From sequence record DRR723986_646: DNA of 64,000 bases; one strand, written 5' to 3'. The position numbers and the translations under genes are program-made. This document shows positions 58,892-64,000 of this stretch, piece after piece; position 1 is the stretch's first letter; each line of letters begins with the position of its first letter. The notes beneath the pieces are model-generated. The model worked only from the letters and a program-made list of their open reading frames with translations, did no database searches and was not told the origin of the DNA.

Positions 58892-60366
58892 GAACCCTGC
58901 TGCGACGCAGCTGCTGTGCCCTGCTGCTGCTCTTGCTGCTGCCTCGGGTAGCCGGTGCCGAAGCGCTGGTCATTGGTTCCAAGACCTTCACCGAAAGCCA
59001 CGTCCTGGCGGAGCTCGCGGCACAGCTGCTGGAGGCGGAAGGTCTACCCGTGGAGCGTCGCCTGGGCCTCGGCGGAACCCTGGTGGCCTTCGAGGCGCTC
59101 AAGGCCGGCGCTATCGATCTGTACCCGGAGTACACCGGAACGCTCAGCCAGGCGGTGTTCCAACGGCCCGGTATGCGGCGCGATGCCCTGCTGAGCAGCC
59201 TCTCCTCGCGCGAGCTAAAGGCAGCGGCCTGGCTGGGTTTCAATAACAGCTATGCCATTGCGCTGGGTGAAGCCACAGCGGTGTCACTGGCCATCACCAC
59301 CATCAGCGAGCTGGCGGCCCACCCGGACCTCGACCTGGCTTTCTCCCATGAATTCCTCCAGCGCGGCGACGGCTGGCCTGCGCTGAGCGCGCATTACGGT
59401 CTGAGTCAGCAGCCACGCGGCATTGAGCACGCGCTGGCCTACCGCGCGATCGAATCCGGCGCCCTGCAGGGCACCGACGCCTATACTACCGATGGGGAAC
59501 TGGACGCCTACAGCCTGCGCCTGCTGGAGGATGATCGCGACTTTTTCCCGCAGTACGACGCCCTGCTGTTGGCTCGCACGGATCTTCCGGCTACCGCCGC
59601 CGCGGTGCTGGCACGTCTGCAAGGGCTGATCGATGAGCCAGCGATGCGGGCCATGAATCGCCGGGTCGCCAACGAGGGGGTCGATCCTGCCATCGTCGCC
59701 GGGGATTTCCTGCGAGACCGCGGCCTGGCGATGGACGCCAGGCACAGCGCGCCCACCTGGTATAAGAACGTACTGGACAATACCGCGACACATCTCAAGC
59801 TGACCTTCAGCGCGCTGGTCCTGGCCTGCCTGTTCGCCATCCCGACCGCGCTACTGCTCGCCCGCCACGAGCGGATAGCCCGCGGCTTGCTGTATACCAC
59901 CGGCTTGCTGCAAACCGTGCCCGCGCTCGCCCTGCTGGCCCTGCTTATCCCCCTGGTGGGGCTGGGCCAGGCGCCGGCGATCATCGCGTTGTTCCTCTAC
60001 TCGCTGCTGCCCATCGTCCGCAATACGCTGACCGGGATCTTCGCCATCGATCCGCTGCTGCGCGAGGTAGCTGAGGGCATCGGCCTGACGCCGGGACAAC
60101 AGCTCTGGCGGGTGGAGCTACCGCTTGCTGCCCCGATGATCCTCGCCGGCGTTAAAACTGCCGCGATCATCAGTATCGGCACAGCGACCCTGGCTGCCTT
60201 TGTCGGTGCGGGTGGTCTCGGGGAACCGATCATCACCGGGCTGACCCTGAGCGACAATGGGCTCATCCTGCAGGGCGCCATTCCCGCCGCCCTGCTGGCG
60301 ATCCTGGTTGAACTGCTCTTTGAGCTGGTGGAGCGGGGCCTGATACCCGCCCATCTGCGCAATTAA
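58888..60366 (+). CDS. Fused betaine-type substrate-binding protein + ABC permease
   Basis: Signal peptide; SBP motifs [42 protein letters not shown]-terminal permease motifs [23 protein letters not shown]. Confidence 0.9.
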   Translation: MRTLLRRSCCALLLLLLLPRVAGAEALVIGSKTFTESHVLAELAAQLLEAEGLPVERRLGLGGTLVAFEALKAGAIDLYPEYTGTLSQAVFQRPGMRRDALLSSLSSRELKAAAWLGFNNSYAIALGEATAVSLAITTISELAAHPDLDLAFSHEFLQRGDGWPALSAHYGLSQQPRGIEHALAYRAIESGALQGTDAYTTDGELDAYSLRLLEDDRDFFPQYDALLLARTDLPATAAAVLARLQGLIDEPAMRAMNRRVANEGVDPAIVAGDFLRDRGLAMDARHSAPTWYKNVLDNTATHLKLTFSALVLACLFAIPTALLLARHERIARGLLYTTGLLQTVPALALLALLIPLVGLGQAPAIIALFLYSLLPIVRNTLTGIFAIDPLLREVAEGIGLTPGQQLWRVELPLAAPMILAGVKTAAIISIGTATLAAFVGAGGLGEPIITGLTLSDNGLILQGAIPAALLAILVELLFELVERGLIPAHLRN

Positions 60367-60468
60367 GGGCATTGTCATGGAGCCATCCGGGAAAGCTGTT
60401 ACCCTATACCAAAAACAAGCCAGCCTTCAGCAAAACGGACAGCCAATCCCATCTCAAACGCAGCCCAC

Positions 60469-61245
60469 ATCAGTGCGTTCTCAGCATTCTGCTCAGCGGC
60501 CCGGCCACAGGCAGCCGGCAACCCCTGTCGCGTGCACCGGTTCGCGTATGAGCCGGATTTCGCACCGCAACCATCGGACATGGCGCAGTGCGCCACCTGG
60601 CCTGCGGGCGATTTCCGCGCCGGCGTTCGCTGCTGGACGGCCAGTGGCCACGCCATCCAGTGCTGCGGTCACGGCCTGCTGTCCGCGGCAGCCAGCTGGC
60701 AGCCGGAATGGCCAGGGCATGGCGAATTGCTGATGAACGGCTCGACCATCCTCTGCGAGTACGATGCCCGGGACATCTGGCTCGGCTTTTCACGCGTCAG
60801 CTGCCACAGTTGTTCGGTTCCATCCTGGGCAACAGCCCTGTTCGGCACCGCGCCAGTTACAGCGGCACAGGCCAGCGGCGACGATGGCTACCTGATCCTG
60901 GCCTGGCCGGACAACACGGTGCTTGACACCCTGGCAGCGCCCGGTGCCGCACTGGCTAAGCACACCCATCGCGCCCTTATCGCCACCTGTGCCACCACTC
61001 CCGGCGAAAGCCGCTTCGGCGAGTCGATACGCTATCGCTACTTTGCCCCGCAGCACGGTGTAGACGAGGACTGCGCAACCGGCTCGGCCCTGCGCATCCT
61101 GGCCGACTACTGGGAATCGCGCGGAATAGGTGCCCAGCTTAGCGCCTGGCAGCAGTCACCGCGTGGAGGCTGGCTGCATAGCCGGATAAGCGGCGACCAG
61201 GTATGGATCGGCGGCGCTGTTGCCGAACAGGTGCCGGTCGCATGA
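60469..61245 (+). CDS. PhzF family isomerase/epimerase-like protein (start codon unresolved)
   Basis: AF..GNP N-terminal motif upstream of GTG 60532, CGHG, RYFAP..GVDEDCATGSA and QSPRGG motifs. Confidence 0.78.
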   Translation: MSAFSAFCSAARPQAAGNPCRVHRFAYEPDFAPQPSDMAQCATWPAGDFRAGVRCWTASGHAIQCCGHGLLSAAASWQPEWPGHGELLMNGSTILCEYDARDIWLGFSRVSCHSCSVPSWATALFGTAPVTAAQASGDDGYLILAWPDNTVLDTLAAPGAALAKHTHRALIATCATTPGESRFGESIRYRYFAPQHGVDEDCATGSALRILADYWESRGIGAQLSAWQQSPRGGWLHSRISGDQVWIGGAVAEQVPVA

Positions 61246-62498
61246 GCAGCCAGAGCCTGCTCGAATCGTTTCAGGAGACCCGCCAGCAGTCGGTCAGCTT
61301 CTGTAACGCACTGGCCATTGAAGACTATGGCCTGCAGGCAGCAGACTTCGTAAGCCCGCCCAAGTGGCATCTCGCGCATACCAGCTGGTTCTTCGAAACC
61401 TTTATCCTCAAACCGTTCTGCAGTGACTACCGGGCCAGCGAACCGTTGTTTGAGGTGCTGTTCAATTCCTACTACAACGGCATCGGCGAACAGTTCCCGC
61501 GCCCCAAACGTGGCCTATTATCGCGGCCGACCGTCGCGGAAGTACTCGCCTACCGGGCGGAAATCGATGCCGCTATGATTCAGCTCCTCGACAGCCCCGG
61601 TAGCAACACGGAGGAAATCGCTGCTCGCACCCGGCTGGGTATCGAACACGAGCGCCAGCACCAGGAGCTGTTCTTCACTGACCTGAAGTACTCCCTGTTC
61701 GTGAATCCACTGTACCCGGCGTATTCGACCGCAGTCCCCGAGGATAGCCCTCAACCTGCGCCGGTGAGCTGGCTGGAGTTTGATGGCGGGCTGGTTGAAA
61801 CGGGATTTGCGGGCGACGGTTTCTGCTTCGACAACGAGTTACCGCGGCACAAGACCTACCTCGAACCCTTTGCCCTTGCAGACCGGTTGGTGAGCAACGG
61901 CGAATACCAGACATTTATCGATGACGGCGGCTACCATCGTCCCGAACTCTGGCTCGCCGACGGCTGGACCCAGGTAGTGGCTGAAAAATGGCAGGCTCCA
62001 CTGTACTGGATCGACCGGGACGGGGAACAACTGGCGTTTACCCTGGCCGGACTGCAGCCACGGCGCGCAGCGCAGCCTGTGTGCCATATCAGCGGCTATG
62101 AGGCCGACGCCTTCGCGCGCTGGGCCAATGCGCGACTTCCCACCGAGCATGAATGGGAACATGCCGCCAACACGGCAGCCGCACCTGTCGGCGGTGTCGA
62201 CGAGCTGGTCTTCCATCCCGGCCCTGCCACGGGTGAGGGCTTGCGCCAGCTGTACGGTGCCTGCTGGCAATGGACCCAGAGCGCCTACAGCCCCTACCCC
62301 GGCTACCAGGCGTCGGCCGGCGCCATTGGTGAATACAACGGTAAGTTCATGAGTAACCAGTGGGTGCTGCGCGGCGGCTCCTGCGTGTCAAAGGCAGCCC
62401 ACCTGCGCCCCAGTTACCGGAACTTCTTCTACCCACCGGATCGCTGGCAGTTCTCAGGTATTCGCCTGGCGCAGTCTATCCGGGACACTCATTCCTAA
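61242..62498 (+). CDS. egtB: Ergothioneine biosynthesis sulfoxide synthase
   Basis: SPPKWHLAHTSWFFE, FNSYY, HERQHQE iron ligands, FDNE, EYNGKFM and RNFF..RWQFSGIRLA motifs. Confidence 0.93.
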   Translation: MSSQSLLESFQETRQQSVSFCNALAIEDYGLQAADFVSPPKWHLAHTSWFFETFILKPFCSDYRASEPLFEVLFNSYYNGIGEQFPRPKRGLLSRPTVAEVLAYRAEIDAAMIQLLDSPGSNTEEIAARTRLGIEHERQHQELFFTDLKYSLFVNPLYPAYSTAVPEDSPQPAPVSWLEFDGGLVETGFAGDGFCFDNELPRHKTYLEPFALADRLVSNGEYQTFIDDGGYHRPELWLADGWTQVVAEKWQAPLYWIDRDGEQLAFTLAGLQPRRAAQPVCHISGYEADAFARWANARLPTEHEWEHAANTAAAPVGGVDELVFHPGPATGEGLRQLYGACWQWTQSAYSPYPGYQASAGAIGEYNGKFMSNQWVLRGGSCVSKAAHLRPSYRNFFYPPDRWQFSGIRLAQSIRDTHS

Positions 62499-63485
62499 GT
62501 GGACAAACGGATGCACAAAGCGAGAGCAATTACCAATAACGTCACGTTTCGCGACCTTCACCCCGCGCACGGGGACAGCCGCAGCGAGATCATTGCCGGC
62601 TTGCAACAAGACGCCAAGACAATTGACCCAAAGTGGTTCTACGATGAGCGCGGCTCACAGCTGTTCGACCAGATCACCCGAGTCCCGGAGTACTATCCGA
62701 CGCGCACGGAGAAACAGATACTGCAGGACAACGCGGAGTCAATCAGCAGCTACTGCGAGACCGGTTGCGTGTTCATCGAACCCGGCAGCGGCAGCTGCGA
62801 GAAAGTCCAGCTGCTGCTCGACGAGCTGCAGCCGAGCAGCTATGTGCCCGTGGATATTTCCGCCGACTTCCTGCTCAACGCCGCCCATGCGCTGGGGGAA
62901 GACTACCCATGGCTGGACATCCAGGCGGTCTGTGCCGACTTCAACCGGGACTGGTCATTCGCCGAGACCCTGCCCGAAGGCAAACGCGTCGTGTTCTATC
63001 CTGGCTCTACCATCGGCAACCTGGAGCCGGCAGCGGCGGTCGAATTCCTGCGCAAGGTGCGCGACATCCTGGCGGAATCAGGCGGCGCGGTCATCGGCGT
63101 CGACCTGCACAAGTCCAGTGACCAGCTTAACAGCGCCTACAATGACAGCGCCGGGCTGACGGCCGCTTTCAATCTCAATGTGCTGACCAGGCTAAATTCC
63201 CTGCTGGACGCGGACTTTGACGTAGCAGCTTTCCGCCACCACGCCTTCTACAATACCGACCTGCGGCGCATAGAAATGCACCTGGTCAGTGAGCGCAGCC
63301 AGACGGTTAGCTGCGCCGGCGAGAAGATTCATTTCGAGCAGGGCGAGAGTATTCACACCGAGAGTTCCTACAAATACACGGTGGAGGATTTCACCGAGCT
63401 GGCCGCGGAGGCAAACCTGGCACTGCAACACAGCTGGATCGATGCCGAACAGCTGTTCAGCGTACACTACCTCGCCGCCGCCTGA
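62499..63485 (+). CDS. egtD: L-histidine N-alpha-methyltransferase
   Basis: PKWFYDERGS.LFD, EYYPTRTE, PGSTIGN, AYND..G.TAAFNLN, RIEMHL and IHTESSYKY motifs; ATG 62511 is an alternative start. Confidence 0.95.
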   Translation: MDKRMHKARAITNNVTFRDLHPAHGDSRSEIIAGLQQDAKTIDPKWFYDERGSQLFDQITRVPEYYPTRTEKQILQDNAESISSYCETGCVFIEPGSGSCEKVQLLLDELQPSSYVPVDISADFLLNAAHALGEDYPWLDIQAVCADFNRDWSFAETLPEGKRVVFYPGSTIGNLEPAAAVEFLRKVRDILAESGGAVIGVDLHKSSDQLNSAYNDSAGLTAAFNLNVLTRLNSLLDADFDVAAFRHHAFYNTDLRRIEMHLVSERSQTVSCAGEKIHFEQGESIHTESSYKYTVEDFTELAAEANLALQHSWIDAEQLFSVHYLAAA

Positions 63486-63566
63486 ACGAACTGCCCTATT
63501 TGCCGAGCGGCCACACTTTGCTAGGCTGCGGGAGATAATTCACTGCGTCTACTACACGGAAAGACT

Positions 63567-64000
63567 ATGAAACCTGAAACTATCGCACTGCATACCGGCT
63601 ACGACGGTGATCCAACCAGCCACGCGGCCACGACGCCGATTTACCAGACCACGTCCTTTACCTTCGATGATACGCAACACGGTGCGGACCTGTTCGACCT
63701 CAAGGTGCCGGGCAATATCTATAGCCGGATCATGAATCCCACCAATGCGGTGCTCGAGGCGCGCCTGGCCGCACTGGAAGGTGGCGTCGGTGCACTCTGT
63801 GTCGCCTCGGGTATGGCAGCGATCCGCTACTCAATCGAAGCGATAGCAGCGACGGGTGACAATATCGTCAGCACCTCGCAGTTGTATGGCGGTACCTATA
63901 ACCTGTTCGCCCACACCTTCCCGCGCCAGGGCATCGAAACCCGTTTCACCAAGGCCGACGACTTCGAGCGAGCCCGCTCACTGATTGACGACAAGACCCG
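63567..64000 (+). CDS. metY: O-acetylhomoserine aminocarboxypropyltransferase / cysteine synthase family, 5' part only
   Basis: Manual translation MKPETIALHTGY..PIYQTTSF.FDDTQHGADLF..GNIYSRIMNPT..LEGG..ASGMAA..LYGGTYNLF. Confidence 0.9.
   Translation, partial: MKPETIALHTGYDGDPTSHAATTPIYQTTSFTFDDTQHGADLFDLKVPGNIYSRIMNPTNAVLEARLAALEGGVGALCVASGMAAIRYSIEAIAATGDNIVSTSQLYGGTYNLFAHTFPRQGIETRFTKADDFERARSLIDDKT

Noticed and set aside
61003-61013. GGCGAAAGCCG match to the array palindrome
   Set aside because: Short, inside a coding sequence, and without a second arm; likely chance.
61242-63485. Selenoneine or ovothiol cluster
   Set aside because: No SenB glycosyltransferase or SelD/SenC nearby, and no C-terminal methyltransferase domain as in OvoA.
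63486-63566. SAM riboswitch upstream of metY
   Set aside because: No recognisable SAM-I/II/V or SAM-SAH core in this short gap.

Overview
GC-rich chromosomal window that most likely comes from a marine gammaproteobacterium (Halieaceae/OM60-NOR5-like; inferred from gene content only). Left to right it contains: (1) a CrbS/CrbR-type acetate-utilisation locus with a DcaP porin, DUF4212 and a sodium:solute symporter, plus three identical GACTTTGGTC operator cores; (2) a membrane block (DUF481, MscS, FUSC-TolC-DUF1656-HlyD efflux, K+ channel, AI-2E) and a TonB-dependent receptor; (3) a DAHP synthase; (4) a valine/isobutyryl-CoA catabolic operon in which the usual mmsA slot holds an AdhE/EutE/SauS-type CoA-acylating aldehyde dehydrogenase, with a convergent malonyl-CoA decarboxylase; (5) an AT-richer accessory segment (~28.9-37.5 kb) with a phosphatase/ADP-ribosylglycohydrolase pair, followed by unrelated single-gene units separated at most junctions by decayed copies of one ~24-27 nt palindrome (consensus GTCCGCTTTCRCCTCAAAGCGGAC); one of these units carries its own promoter, c-di-GMP-I riboswitch and terminator; (6) xdhC/mocA, a cobalamin-riboswitch-led btuB-cobO-btuCDF operon, sstT and an IorAB-like molybdoenzyme; (7) acyl-CoA catabolic genes; (8) an operon of a betaine-type ABC importer, a PhzF-family gene, egtB and egtD, followed by partial metY. 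No rRNA, tRNA, CRISPR array, integrase or transposase was recognised. The best candidate for an undescribed system is the repeat-delimited cassette-like array. All calls come from reading motifs by eye; no searches were run.
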